Below are positions 1 to 10,019 of a stretch of 64,000 nt of DNA, piece by piece. The translations under genes and the position numbers were made by a program. Origin of the DNA: Bacteroidetes bacterium 37-13 (GTDB lineage Bacteria; Bacteroidota; Bacteroidia; Chitinophagales; LD1); NCBI GenBank assembly GCA_001897535.1, contig MKTC01000019.1, positions 26,535-90,534 on the forward strand, given 5' to 3'. Within the stretch, counting starts at the first letter, position 1, and the number at the start of each line of letters is the position of its first letter. Under the pieces are notes generated by a model that was not told where the DNA came from, did no database searches, and saw nothing but the letters and a program-made list of their open reading frames with translations.

Positions 1-2
1 AG

Positions 3-497
3 TATGGAAAATCGGGTGAAGGAAGAGCAATGACACGAACTACAGGTGTGCCAACGGTTTTGCGAGCCGGAATGAAAGAAAATGTGATACCGCAAGAAGC
101 ATCGGCAAAAGTGAATTTTAGAATTTTGCAAGGCGAAAGTAGTGCCGATGTAACTAAAAAAGTGAAGGAAATAATTGCTGATGAACAAGTACAGATTAAG
201 CCTTTTGGAATCACTTTCGAGCCATCGAAAAATGCAGATACAAAAGCACCTGGCTTTCAGATTATTCAAAAGAGTATTGCTAAGGTTTTTCCTGATGCAA
301 AAGTTGCTCCATACTTAATGATTGGCAGCACCGACTCTAAACATTTCGAAAAAATTGCCGAGAATCTTTATCGCTTTCTTCCTGTGCGAATGGATAAACA
401 TGATGTAGCAAAAATTCATGGCATAAACGAACGAATTTCGTTTGAGGCACAAATGGAAAGCATCGCTTTTTATCAAAGTTTTTTATTGGAATTGTAG
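3..497 (+). CDS. M20/M25/M40-family metallopeptidase, C-terminal part (5' end outside the window)
   Basis: The frame is open from the window edge. The tail 'GSTDSKHF...IHGINERIS' looks like the C-terminal lobe of M20 peptidases/deacylases. Confidence 0.6.
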   Translation, partial: YGKSGEGRAMTRTTGVPTVLRAGMKENVIPQEASAKVNFRILQGESSADVTKKVKEIIADEQVQIKPFGITFEPSKNADTKAPGFQIIQKSIAKVFPDAKVAPYLMIGSTDSKHFEKIAENLYRFLPVRMDKHDVAKIHGINERISFEAQMESIAFYQSFLLEL

Positions 498-501
498 AAA
501 G

Positions 502-3162
502 CTAAAATCCATTTTGCAAGAAAGTTCTTCGCCTGGTGAGTTTTAAATCTTGCAACACACTCGATTTTACCTTTAGTTCAATCACAAACTGCTGAACTTC
601 CACTGGGAAAGCTGTCCAGTTGAAACTAAGTTCCCAACAGTGTAAATTTCTAATTACCGAAAGGTTGGTAAGTGAAGGCAATTTGCGCATAAAATCAAAG
701 CCTGTGTTCACTGCAAATTTCCAATTTGGTGTAAGGTTAAAATCACCATTTACTTGCAGCGATTGTGTGGTAATCACCGTATCAGGATTTGAAATTGTGC
801 CACGCGTAATATCAAAGTTGTATGCAATGCGCACCGTCCACGGAATATTAAAATCGTAGTATTCATCTGGATTTAGAGAAACATAATTACTTACACCGCG
901 CGGTGGTGGCGGTGTGGCAGCTGCTGCATTGCCTTTTGGCTTGCCTTGAAATGTAGCATTCAGTGCAAAATTTGCCATTGCGAAGCGCAATAACTGACCT
1001 GTTTTTTGGTAATAGAAAGTGTTTATTTTTCTATTGTTAGAATCAGTTGCATACGGGTCAAAAACAAAGCGGAAATTAAGCGAGAGATTATCTAAAATTC
1101 TTGAGTTTCCTTCAAATAAAAATGGCTGTAAACGCAGCGAATCTGCTAAGAAGTTATAGCCGCCACTAATGTTGAAACGCTCTAAAATTCCAAGATATTG
1201 CACATGTTTCACTGTGTCTTTTTTGGAGTATGCTTTCACACTAAAATTATTTTTAAGCTGGAAAGTTATCTGCCCCGTTTGCCCTTGCGATGGAATGCCA
1301 TAGCCAAGCGGATTAGTAATTTCGTAAGGAGAATAGCGTACAATATCTCCTTTGGCATCGTTTTGTACAGAAGTGTAATAGTTCCAAAGTGCAGAGCCAA
1401 AATCGGGCTTGTAAGTAAAGCTTACCAAAGGCGTAAAAATATGTTGAATGCCTTTCACCCATTTGCCTTTAAAGTTAAATGTTCCAGTAAGTTTAGTTGC
1501 CAAAGATGCCGAAACAGCAAAGTCTCGAACACCATAAAAACCTAAAGAAGTATCGCTTAGAAGTCTTCCGTTAAAAGTATCAATTTTGCCTGTGGTTTCG
1601 TTTGGAATATAAACTGTATCAGGATTCCAGTGCTTATTTTCTTTCTGAAAAAACCATCGTTCTTGATAAGAGAAACTTGGGTTAAAATTGAAATACTTGA
1701 AAATAGTGATTGGTGCATCAACCGTAAAGTTTTGGTTTATACCATATTTAAGTGATTTAGTGAAAGCCTCTTTTTTGAAAAATAAACTATCATAAGTATT
1801 TAAAACAGCTTTGGTTTCAAATGAATATTGAATGCCAATATTTTCGTACCATTTAGGCTTTCCTGTAGAAATTTTTCTTCTAAAAGGCGTAACGCGCGAT
1901 ACATTTATACGAAATACCGGAAATTGAATGCTCACGCTTTTGTTTAATAAATTTTGAGCATGGTTAAAGTTGAGTGAAAGCGAAACCGGAGTGCCCGGAA
2001 ACACTCTGGAAAAGGAAGCTCCGGAATTAAATTGTGTTTGCAATAATCGAGAGTCGGTAACGCGCGAAGCACTATAAAAATCACTGCTTTGCGCATTCAA
2101 GTTTACAGAAAAATTAGAGTTGGGAATACTCTTTGGATCTTGTGTGTGATTCCACTGCACTGAAAAAGCATTACTGGCTTTTGAACCTGGCAAATCGGCA
2201 TCGGCAGGTTGTGTTCGGTAGTAAGTGAAACCAATATTTCCATTGGCTTTATAGTTCACTCTATATTCTGAACCAACGTTTACACCAAATGTTCCGTTGG
2301 TGAAAACATCGCCTGTAAATTTCAAGTTGAAATAATCATTCACTGCCCAAAAAAAGCCGCCTTCGCGCAAGAAAAATCCATAAGAGTTATCGCGCCCCGG
2401 TTTTGGAATTATTAAGCCTGAACGCCTGCCTTGCTTCGCAGGAAAAATTCCGAATGGAATAAAAATTGGGGTTGGCACATCGCCTACCACCAAGTTTGCC
2501 GGACCGGTTACCAAAACTTTATTTGGCACTACTTTTACTTTCTTTGCTTGAAAATAGAAGTGCGGATGGTCTAAATTGCAAGTAGTGTATTTTGCGCGTA
2601 AACTGTACCACTCTTCAAACTCGTTACGCTTCACGGCTTCGCTGTGAATGTAGGCTTCCCCTTCTTGCGTAACAACATCAAAAATCTTACCCTTTTTAGT
2701 TTTGAAATTATACGCCATTCGCCCCGCATTGTATTCTTTCCCCGATTCAGAAAAAACAGGCTTGCCGGAAATTTCTTCTGTGGAATCGTTTTTTCTCCCT
2801 CCTGCAGCAAGTGTGTAAGTATTCCAATCGAACTCTACAGAATCGGCTGCCAAAGTTATTTTATCGTATTTCAAATCTGCTTTGTTATACAAATACATTT
2901 TGCGCGTTTCCAAGTCGTACACAATCGAATCTTCGGCTTGGTAGTTTATCGGGCTTTTAATTTCACTATCAGAAAATTTTAAAGAAAAAGTATCAACTTT
3001 CTGTTGAAGCGTATCGTGTGAAGCAGTTAAAGTATCGCTGTGTGTTAAAGTATCTGGGGCGTTTCTTGAAGTTTGATTGCTGATGTTTGTTTGGGCATGT
3101 GCTGCCGATGAAATCACAAAAATAGACAATAACGCAACTACTGTGTTATTCAACAGTCGCAA
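502..3162 (-). CDS. lptD: LptD/OstA-like outer-membrane LPS-assembly protein (Bacteroidetes type)
   Basis: 886 aa with signal peptide 'VISSAAHAQ'. The block 'TTCNLDHPHFYFQAKKVKVVPNKVLVTGPANLVVGDVPTPIFIPFGIFP' is typical of Bacteroidetes LptD. The C-terminal residue is Phe, as in beta-barrel OMPs. Confidence 0.7.
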   Translation of the reverse strand: MRLLNNTVVALLSIFVISSAAHAQTNISNQTSRNAPDTLTHSDTLTASHDTLQQKVDTFSLKFSDSEIKSPINYQAEDSIVYDLETRKMYLYNKADLKYDKITLAADSVEFDWNTYTLAAGGRKNDSTEEISGKPVFSESGKEYNAGRMAYNFKTKKGKIFDVVTQEGEAYIHSEAVKRNEFEEWYSLRAKYTTCNLDHPHFYFQAKKVKVVPNKVLVTGPANLVVGDVPTPIFIPFGIFPAKQGRRSGLIIPKPGRDNSYGFFLREGGFFWAVNDYFNLKFTGDVFTNGTFGVNVGSEYRVNYKANGNIGFTYYRTQPADADLPGSKASNAFSVQWNHTQDPKSIPNSNFSVNLNAQSSDFYSASRVTDSRLLQTQFNSGASFSRVFPGTPVSLSLNFNHAQNLLNKSVSIQFPVFRINVSRVTPFRRKISTGKPKWYENIGIQYSFETKAVLNTYDSLFFKKEAFTKSLKYGINQNFTVDAPITIFKYFNFNPSFSYQERWFFQKENKHWNPDTVYIPNETTGKIDTFNGRLLSDTSLGFYGVRDFAVSASLATKLTGTFNFKGKWVKGIQHIFTPLVSFTYKPDFGSALWNYYTSVQNDAKGDIVRYSPYEITNPLGYGIPSQGQTGQITFQLKNNFSVKAYSKKDTVKHVQYLGILERFNISGGYNFLADSLRLQPFLFEGNSRILDNLSLNFRFVFDPYATDSNNRKINTFYYQKTGQLLRFAMANFALNATFQGKPKGNAAAATPPPPRGVSNYVSLNPDEYYDFNIPWTVRIAYNFDITRGTISNPDTVITTQSLQVNGDFNLTPNWKFAVNTGFDFMRKLPSLTNLSVIRNLHCWELSFNWTAFPVEVQQFVIELKVKSSVLQDLKLTRRRTFLQNGF

Positions 3163-3183
3163 GTATAAATTGTAACTATATTT

Positions 3184-4587
3184 TTGTTGTTGGTTGATGT
3201 GGAATATTTTAAATCAAGCGTCAAATCTAAAAAAACACGGAACGTGCGCGTATTGATATTATTATTTAGTGCTTGTGTATTGTTGGCGAAAGTGAGCAGC
3301 GCCACACCGCTTTTTGCTGTAAAAACAGTGGTAATTGATGCCGGACACGGAGGAAAAGACCCTGGCGCAATTGGTTTAAACAAAACACAAGAAAAAGATG
3401 TTGCATTAGCCGTAGCCTTAGATTTAGGGAAACGAATTAAGGAAACTTATCCTGATGTGAAAGTGATTTACACACGCAGCACTGACGTGTTTATTCCGTT
3501 GGTTGAGCGCGCCAATATTGCGAACAAAAGCAAGGCAGATTTATTTATTTCAATACACTGCAATTCGGCAACTAACCGCACTGCAACAGGTAGCAGTACT
3601 TATGTTTTGGGATTGCATAAAACTGAAGATAACTTAGAAGTTGCTAAACGCGAAAATGCGGTAATTGAGTTAGAGGATAATGTGGATAAAAATTACGATT
3701 TTAATCCAAATACTCCCGAAGGTCATATCATTATGAGCATGAAGCAAAATGCTTTTTTAGACCAAAGCATTGATATTGCCGCGCGAATAGAAACAGAACT
3801 TTCCGGAGCTACACAAAATACTCATAAAAGCAGAGGAGTGAAACAAGCAGGCTTTTTTGTATTGTATAAAACTTCAATGCCGTCTCTTTTGGCTGAAATT
3901 GGTTTTATTTCAAACCCAACAGAAGAAAAATATTTAGCAAGCAAAGCAGGACAAAATGAAATTGCCACCGGTATTTTTAATGCATTTGTCAGTTACAAAA
4001 GTGCAATTGAAAAAGGTGCTAAGCCAATAGCAAGTACTGAAACTGTTGCGAAATCTGATGACATAAAAGATACTGCTGCCTCAAAAATTCCTGAAGCAAA
4101 CACTCCACCGAAAAAGGCTAAAAATACAGATGACGCAGAAACTAAAGCTACTGAAAGTAAACCGATAGTTACAAAAGAGGAAGTTGCAAAATCTAAGGCA
4201 AATACATCAAACGGCACGATTACAAAACCTACAGAAGTAAAAGCTGCAACTTCAAACGGAAGTAATGTAAAATCACAAACCAAGCAAACTAATAGTACAT
4301 CAAACGGTACATCTAATGTGCAGTCAGAGTATGTTTTTTTTGTTCAATTATTGGCTTCTGCAAAACCACTTTCAGCTTATCCAAAACTAAAAGAAGTATT
4401 TGTGAATATTGAAGTGGAGAAATTACCAAATGGCGTAAATCGTTTTATGGCAGGGAAATTCAGCAGCTATAAAGACGCAGAAAAATTATTGCCTAAAGCA
4501 GTGGCAAATGGTTATCCTGATGCGTTTATCATTGCTTACAAAAAAGGTGTTCGCTTAAATGTGAACGAAACAAAAGCACTGAAGTAG
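3184..4587 (+). CDS. N-acetylmuramoyl-L-alanine amidase (Amidase_3) with C-terminal SPOR domain
   Basis: 'VVIDAGHGGKDPGAIG' and 'ISIHCNS' are Amidase_3 motifs. A long K/T/S-rich linker follows. The C-terminus 'FFVQLLASAKPL...NRFMAGKFSSYKDAEKLL' is SPOR-like. The start is uncertain: the track start is TTG, and GTG at 3244 gives a cleaner signal peptide. Confidence 0.85.
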   Translation: MLLVDVEYFKSSVKSKKTRNVRVLILLFSACVLLAKVSSATPLFAVKTVVIDAGHGGKDPGAIGLNKTQEKDVALAVALDLGKRIKETYPDVKVIYTRSTDVFIPLVERANIANKSKADLFISIHCNSATNRTATGSSTYVLGLHKTEDNLEVAKRENAVIELEDNVDKNYDFNPNTPEGHIIMSMKQNAFLDQSIDIAARIETELSGATQNTHKSRGVKQAGFFVLYKTSMPSLLAEIGFISNPTEEKYLASKAGQNEIATGIFNAFVSYKSAIEKGAKPIASTETVAKSDDIKDTAASKIPEANTPPKKAKNTDDAETKATESKPIVTKEEVAKSKANTSNGTITKPTEVKAATSNGSNVKSQTKQTNSTSNGTSNVQSEYVFFVQLLASAKPLSAYPKLKEVFVNIEVEKLPNGVNRFMAGKFSSYKDAEKLLPKAVANGYPDAFIIAYKKGVRLNVNETKALK

Positions 4588-4621
4588 TAATTCTCTTTTA
4601 CTTAAAATTATTCTTTAAAAT

Positions 4622-4951
4622 ATGACTATTCAAGAAGCGCAAACGCAAGTTGATGAATGGATAAAAACTGTTGGTGTAAGGTACTTTAATGAACTTACCA
4701 ATACTGTAATTTTAATGGAAGAGGTAGGAGAGTTGGCGCGCATTATGGCGCGAAAATATGGTGAACAATCTTTTAAAGAAAGCGATAAAAAATACGAATT
4801 AGAAGATGAAATGGCTGATGTGCTTTGGGTACTTATTTGCCTTGCCAACCAAACGGGTGTGAATCTTACCGATGCTTTTAAGAAAAACTTGGAAAAGAAA
4901 ACTAATCGCGATAGCGAACGCCATCAAAACAACAAAAAGCTGAAGCCTTAG
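4622..4951 (+). CDS. MazG-type nucleotide pyrophosphohydrolase (small, YpjD-like)
   Basis: 109 aa. 'EEVGELARIMARKYG...ELEDEMADVLWVLICLAN' is the MazG EExxE/D helix pattern. Confidence 0.75.
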   Translation: MTIQEAQTQVDEWIKTVGVRYFNELTNTVILMEEVGELARIMARKYGEQSFKESDKKYELEDEMADVLWVLICLANQTGVNLTDAFKKNLEKKTNRDSERHQNNKKLKP

Positions 4952-5244
4952 TTCAGCGACATGGTACTTATGGCATAGTCTAATTGTTCACTGAAAGCTA
5001 GTTCACTAATTGTATAATCAGTGTATGCGGCAATTGGAAACTGCTCTACAAAATCAGCCACATCTGATTTGCAAGCGCAATTAAATACAATCCAAATTTT
5101 GCTTCTGTTTAGAGCGAAAGAATAACTACAAATAATTCCTTGTTTAAACAGTTTATTTACCACTCTTTGTTGCTGCGGTAGGTATGCAAAAAGTGCATCA
5201 CTCATGTAAGTCGGCAGCAAAATTTCCACCATAAATTGATTCAT
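4948..5244 (-). CDS. Small hypothetical protein (possibly muconolactone-isomerase-like ferredoxin fold)
   Basis: 98-aa ORF convergent with the MazG gene, with a 4-nt overlap. The 'FMVEILLP...QRVVNKLFKQGII.SY' pattern recalls a small conserved Bacteroidetes family. Function is unknown. Confidence 0.4.
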   Translation of the reverse strand: MNQFMVEILLPTYMSDALFAYLPQQQRVVNKLFKQGIICSYSFALNRSKIWIVFNCACKSDVADFVEQFPIAAYTDYTISELAFSEQLDYAISTMSLN

Positions 5245-5308
5245 GCCCTATGTTTTTACTTCTTCGTAAAATAACACGGAGAATGCAATTTGGCAATAGT
5301 GTGCTTTG

Positions 5309-5716
5309 TTATTTTCTAGCCAAAGCTGTAATTATTTCAAATTCTTCTTGGCGAACCGGCTGCACACTCAAGCGGCTGCTTTTTACTAAAACCATTTCAG
5401 CTAAAGCTTTGTTTTGCTTGATACTTTCTAATGAAACCACATTTTTAAAAGTCTCTTTATACGCCACATCAACCACTACCCAAGCTGTTTCATTTGTAGT
5501 TGGATCTTGGTACGCTTCTTTCACTATTTCCACTAAACCAACAACGCCCGGATTAGTTACGCTGTGATAAAACAAACACAAATCGCCTTTCTTCATTGCG
5601 CGTAAATTGTTTCGCGCTTGGTAGTTTCGCACGCCATCCCAAAAAGTGCGTTTGTCTTTTTTCATTTGCTCTATCGGGTAAGTTCCGGGTTCAGATTTTA
5701 TAAGCCAATATGCCAT
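5309..5716 (-). CDS. EVE (PUA-like) domain protein
   Basis: 'MAYWLIKSEPGTY...WDGVRNYQARNNLRAMKKGDLCLFYHS' is the canonical EVE-domain N-terminus. Confidence 0.8.
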   Translation of the reverse strand: MAYWLIKSEPGTYPIEQMKKDKRTFWDGVRNYQARNNLRAMKKGDLCLFYHSVTNPGVVGLVEIVKEAYQDPTTNETAWVVVDVAYKETFKNVVSLESIKQNKALAEMVLVKSSRLSVQPVRQEEFEIITALARK

Positions 5717-5744
5717 TGCTATAAAGTTTTCTATGTTTTTTTAA

Positions 5745-7409
5745 TTATTGAATTGGAGTTGCGGCTAATTTGCTTTTCTTTTTTCCATAAAGAAAATAAA
5801 CTACCAAGCCAAGCAGAAGCCAAATTAAAAAACGCTCCCAGTTAGTAGTGCCTGATTCGCAAAGTAAATAGCTGCAACTAAGCATTCCCAAAGCAGGAAT
5901 GAGCGATAAATTTTTTAAGAAAGAAAGTACTGAAAGTGAAAGTGCTAATAAGGCAAATACAATATATGGAACTATGGTTCTAATGCTTTGCCAGCTTGAA
6001 AAATCGGAGCTAAAAAAACTTTCACTATTAAAATGCCACCAAGCGAAAACACTGGCAATAAACATTATTGGTAAAATATATTTGGCATTGATGTAAGGCA
6101 CACTAAAACTTGATTTCGGACGATTAGGCGTAAGTTGTAATTTTAAAATTCCACCACACACTAGCACAAATGCAAAAAGTGTTCCCACACTTGTGAGGTC
6201 AATTACCACATTCATATTTAGAAACAATGCAGGAATGGCTACCACAAAACCTGTGAGTATTGTGCTAAATGAAGGAGTTTGATATTTTGGGTGAATTTTT
6301 GAAAATACTTTTGGCAATAAACCATCGCGGCTCATGCTCAGCCATATTCGCGGTTGCCCAATTTGAAAAACCAACATTACACTTGCTGTTGCTACCACGG
6401 CACTCAAAGCAATAATTCCGGCAAGCCAACCCAAATTCAACTCGTTGAATACAAATGCTAACGGGTCGCCCACATTTAGCTTTGAATATGAAACCATTCC
6501 GGTTAAAACCAAGCCGATAGCTATGTAAATAATAGTACAAATAATGAGCGAATAAACCATGCTTTTAGGTAAATCGCGCTGTGGATTTTCTGCCTCTTCG
6601 GCCGTGGTTGAAATAGCATCAAATCCAATGTAGGCAAAGAATACAGCAGCAGTTCCATTTAAAACACCTGAAATGCCATTAGGCAAAAATGGTGACCAGT
6701 TTTCGGGTTTTACATAAAATGTACCAACTGCAATTACTAAAAAAATAACAGCAAGTTTTAGCGCTACCATTGCATTGGCACTATTGCGCGATTCTTGAAT
6801 GCCGATGTAAGTGATATAAGTAATTACCACAACAATAAAAAATGCAGGTAAATCGCAGATAATTTTTATGCCAAAAAGAATAGGCGCATTTGTCCAAGCG
6901 GCAACAGCATCGGGAGTTAGCATGGCTTGCGCTGTCCAATAATCCATAGTGAAATAAGCAGGAATTGCAATGCCGAAGCCTGCTAAAAAAGTGGTGAAAT
7001 AATCACTCCATGAAATAGATACGGCAATATTTCCAATGGCATATTCCATGAGTAAATCCCAACCGATAATCCAAGCAACCAATTCGCCAAAAGCAACATA
7101 AGCATAAGTGTAAGCACTGCCACTCACCGGAACCATGCTTGCAAATTCAGCATAGCAAAGAGCAGAAAATCCACAAGCGATGGCGACAAAAATAAATAGC
7201 AGCACAATACCAGGTCCGCCATCAAAACTTGCTTTGCCTATGGTTGAAAAAATTCCTGCTCCCACAATTGCTGCAATGCCTAATGCCGTAAGGTCGCGCA
7301 CACTTAAAGCACGTTTTAAGTGTGGATTTTTGCTTTCGGTATCGCTTGCTGCAACTGCTGCGTCATGCAACACTTTTTCAACCGATTTTTTTCTAAATAA
7401 ATAACTCAT
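5745..7409 (-). CDS. APC-superfamily amino-acid permease (cationic amino-acid transporter type)
   Basis: 554 aa, polytopic. 'LTALGIAAIVGAGIFSTIG' and 'AEEAENPQRDLPKS' are APC signature regions. Confidence 0.85.
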   Translation of the reverse strand: MSYLFRKKSVEKVLHDAAVAASDTESKNPHLKRALSVRDLTALGIAAIVGAGIFSTIGKASFDGGPGIVLLFIFVAIACGFSALCYAEFASMVPVSGSAYTYAYVAFGELVAWIIGWDLLMEYAIGNIAVSISWSDYFTTFLAGFGIAIPAYFTMDYWTAQAMLTPDAVAAWTNAPILFGIKIICDLPAFFIVVVITYITYIGIQESRNSANAMVALKLAVIFLVIAVGTFYVKPENWSPFLPNGISGVLNGTAAVFFAYIGFDAISTTAEEAENPQRDLPKSMVYSLIICTIIYIAIGLVLTGMVSYSKLNVGDPLAFVFNELNLGWLAGIIALSAVVATASVMLVFQIGQPRIWLSMSRDGLLPKVFSKIHPKYQTPSFSTILTGFVVAIPALFLNMNVVIDLTSVGTLFAFVLVCGGILKLQLTPNRPKSSFSVPYINAKYILPIMFIASVFAWWHFNSESFFSSDFSSWQSIRTIVPYIVFALLALSLSVLSFLKNLSLIPALGMLSCSYLLCESGTTNWERFLIWLLLGLVVYFLYGKKKSKLAATPIQ

Positions 7410-7543
7410 GCGAAGTGTGAAAAAAGAAAATTATCGGAAAATAGTTTTATTAACTTTTGTATAGTATTTGCAACGCTAAAAAGTTGCTCTAATTCGCAAT
7501 ATCGGAAAGTATATTATCTTCGTATAGAATTAGTTAAATAATA

Positions 7544-8215
7544 ATGAAGAAGAAAATCAAAATTCATAAAGAAGGACATAAAACGCTCCTTTTTACCGGA
7601 TTGGTTTTACTTGCTGTAAATTTATCAGCAGCATTAATTTTTCAGAATGAAATCACTTATTGGATTGCAGGCTCTTTCTCTGTGGTGATACTTATTGCAT
7701 TTGCTTACTTTTTTAGAATGCCTTACCGCGAATTGGTAATTGAAGACAATAAAATTATTGCTCCGGCTGATGGCAAAATTGTGGTGGTGGAAGAAGTAGA
7801 TGAGAAAGAATATTTCAAGGATAAGAGAATACAAGTGAGTATTTTTATGAGTCCTACCAATGTGCACGTAAACCGCTCTCCGCTTGCTGGAACAGTTACT
7901 TACCAAAAGTATCATCCTGGAAAATATTTAGTGGCTTGGCATCCAAAAAGTTCAGAAAAAAATGAGCGCAATACCGTGGTGATTGAAAATGAAAATGGTA
8001 TTGAAATTTTGGTACGTCAAATTGCAGGGAAATTAGCCCGAAAAATTCGATGGTATTTGAATGAAGGCGATGAAGTGAACCAAGGAGCAGAGTTAGGCTT
8101 TATTAAATTTGGTTCGCGCGTAGATTTATTTTTGCCTATTAACACACATTTAGAAGTGGACTTAAAACAAAAAGTAAAAGGTGGCGTTACTGTAATCGGA
8201 ACTTTACCTGAATAA
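7544..8215 (+). CDS. psd: Phosphatidylserine decarboxylase family protein
   Basis: 223 aa with an N-terminal TM pair. It carries 'FMSPTNVHVNRSP' and the self-cleavage region 'FGSRVDLFLP'. Confidence 0.8.
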   Translation: MKKKIKIHKEGHKTLLFTGLVLLAVNLSAALIFQNEITYWIAGSFSVVILIAFAYFFRMPYRELVIEDNKIIAPADGKIVVVEEVDEKEYFKDKRIQVSIFMSPTNVHVNRSPLAGTVTYQKYHPGKYLVAWHPKSSEKNERNTVVIENENGIEILVRQIAGKLARKIRWYLNEGDEVNQGAELGFIKFGSRVDLFLPINTHLEVDLKQKVKGGVTVIGTLPE

Positions 8216-8241
8216 ATTCTTAAATAACAAACCAAATAAAC

Positions 8242-8556
8242 ATGAAAAGTATGAGATCTGTATTTTCAATTATTCTCTTCTCGTTGCTTGCAATTTCAAT
8301 TTCTGTTTACAGCCACGAAAGTGGAAAGAAAAAAGGAAAGAAAAAAGCTTGCTGTACTCAAATGCAATCATCATCGGCCTCTTGCTCTAAAGATGCAAAA
8401 GGCGGAGCAACACCTGCTTGCTGCGCTGCCAAAGCTTCTGCTGCACAAGTAAACAAAGATGCTGCAACTAAACCGACAAATGCTACTGAAAATTCAACTG
8501 CAAAACCAGCAGGACATTCAGGCTGCAATCACGGTGGTGGCGGACACGCGCACTAA
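8242..8556 (+). CDS. Small secreted Cys/His-rich protein, function unknown (possible metal binder)
   Basis: Signal peptide 'FSLLAISISVYS'. Two 'ACC' motifs, 'SCSK', and the C-terminal 'HSGCNHGGGGHAH'. It is followed by its own terminator. Confidence 0.55.
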   Translation: MKSMRSVFSIILFSLLAISISVYSHESGKKKGKKKACCTQMQSSSASCSKDAKGGATPACCAAKASAAQVNKDAATKPTNATENSTAKPAGHSGCNHGGGGHAH

Positions 8557-8591
8557 TATTTCAGAATATTTTTTAAATGATTTCTTAAAAA

Positions 8592-8622
8592 CTGCTACAA
8601 ATTTTTGTGGCAGTTTTTTTTA
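8592..8622 (+). terminator. Rho-independent terminator after the Cys/His-rich ORF
   Basis: Stem ctgctaca/tgtggcag (8 bp, one G-U pair) followed by a T9 run. Confidence 0.7.
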
Positions 8623-8663
8623 TGCAGAAACTTTGCGCTGCATCATTACATTCGCGCTGCAAT

Positions 8664-9473
8664 ATGGCAGAGGATACCAATGATGAAATGAGCTTTTTCG
8701 ACCACCTTGAAGTATTGAGGTGGCACGTGATGAGAATTGCTATTGCTATTGTAGCCTTAGCTATTTTGTTTATCATAAAGAGCGATTTTGTTTTTGATAA
8801 ACTACTTTTTGGTCCTGCAAACGAGAATTTTATTACCTATAAATTGCTATGCTCGCTTGCACACAAATTCAGCCTGCCGGAATCACTTTGTGTAAGCGGC
8901 ATTAAAATGGAATTGTTAAACACCGAACTCTTCGGGCAGTTTATTACACAGCTAAAAACCGCATTTCTACTTGGGTTTATTGTTTCATTTCCATATATAA
9001 TTTTTGAATTGTGGCGGTTCATTCGCCCCGCACTTACTGAAAGCGAAGCAAAAAATGCAGCTAAAATTATCATTGGTAGCTCATTTTTCTTTTTCTTAGG
9101 CGTATCGTTCAGCTACTTTGTTATCATTCCGTTTTCAGTAAATTTTGCTTTTAATTATATTGTAAGTAGCCAAATTAAGAACTTAATTACGTTAGATAAC
9201 TACATCTCTTTTTTTACCATGATGAGTTTGGGAATTGGAGTTGTTTTTGAACTGCCAATGATCGCAATTGCCTTAGCGCGGTTTGGAATTTTAAGTGCCG
9301 ATACAATGCGTAAATTCAGACGGCATTCTGTGGTTGTAATTTTAATAGCTGCGGCAATTATTACACCTTCACCAGATGTTTTTACTCAAATGCTTGTAGC
9401 TGTGCCAATGTATTTTTTGTTTGAATTAAGTATTGTGGCAGCTTCGCGAGTTGAAAAAAGAAATGTAGCTTAA
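8664..9473 (+). CDS. tatC: Twin-arginine translocase subunit TatC
   Basis: 'MSFFDHLEVLRWHV', six TM segments and 'ITPSPDVFTQ' are all typical of TatC. The track start at 8607 (GTG) lies inside the upstream terminator, so ATG 8664 (or 8688) is preferred. Confidence 0.9.
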   Translation: MAEDTNDEMSFFDHLEVLRWHVMRIAIAIVALAILFIIKSDFVFDKLLFGPANENFITYKLLCSLAHKFSLPESLCVSGIKMELLNTELFGQFITQLKTAFLLGFIVSFPYIIFELWRFIRPALTESEAKNAAKIIIGSSFFFFLGVSFSYFVIIPFSVNFAFNYIVSSQIKNLITLDNYISFFTMMSLGIGVVFELPMIAIALARFGILSADTMRKFRRHSVVVILIAAAIITPSPDVFTQMLVAVPMYFLFELSIVAASRVEKRNVA

Positions 9474-9477
9474 CACC

Positions 9478-9915
9478 ATGAAAAACACAATTGCAATTGG
9501 TAGCGACCATGCCGGATTTGAGTATAAAGAGGCATTGAAAGAATACTTTACTTCAAAAGGAATTGAAGTGAAAGATTTTGGCACATTTAGCAATGCAAGT
9601 TGCGACTATCCGGACTTTGCGCATCCAGTTGCCGAGAATGTAGAAAATGGTTCTTGCAACTTTGGAATTTTAATTTGCGGAAGTGCCAATGGCGTAGCAA
9701 TTACTGCAAATAAGCATCAACAAATTCGCGCTTGCATAGCGTGGAAAAGTGAAATTGCAGCTTTGGCACGCCAACATAATAATGCTAACGTTTTGTGTTT
9801 GCCTTCGCGTTTTATTTCATTACAAGAAGCAAAGGAGTTTTCCGATACTTTCATCTCTACCGAATTTGAAGGTGGCAGGCATGAAAATCGTGTGAACAAA
9901 ATTACTTGCGCTTAA
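9478..9915 (+). CDS. rpiB: Ribose-5-phosphate isomerase B
   Basis: 'IAIGSDHAGFEYK...GILICGSANGVAITANK...CLPSRF' is the RpiB/LacAB signature. Confidence 0.9.
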   Translation: MKNTIAIGSDHAGFEYKEALKEYFTSKGIEVKDFGTFSNASCDYPDFAHPVAENVENGSCNFGILICGSANGVAITANKHQQIRACIAWKSEIAALARQHNNANVLCLPSRFISLQEAKEFSDTFISTEFEGGRHENRVNKITCA

Positions 9916-10019
9916 TTCACTTTTAGATTTATTCACACCTTATTGTAACTTTTAATACAGAGTATAGCGCAAGTAGTTATACTTTTGTTTGCTTAGATTT
10001 TAGATAAAATATTCAGCTT

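Noticed and set aside
620-2982. Three plus-strand ORFs (620-859, 1198-1545, 2644-2982) inside the lptD-like gene
   Set aside because: They are short and low-complexity, lie fully within an 886-aa minus-strand gene with clear OMP features, and have no motifs. The same reasoning applies to the other 60-115-aa antisense ORFs listed in the track inside confidently called genes.
8607-8663. 5' extension of tatC suggested by the ORF track (GTG start at 8607)
   Set aside because: The proposed start lies inside the stem and T-run of the upstream terminator. The extra residues are not TatC-like. ATG 8664 precedes the conserved 'MSFFDHLEVLR' region.
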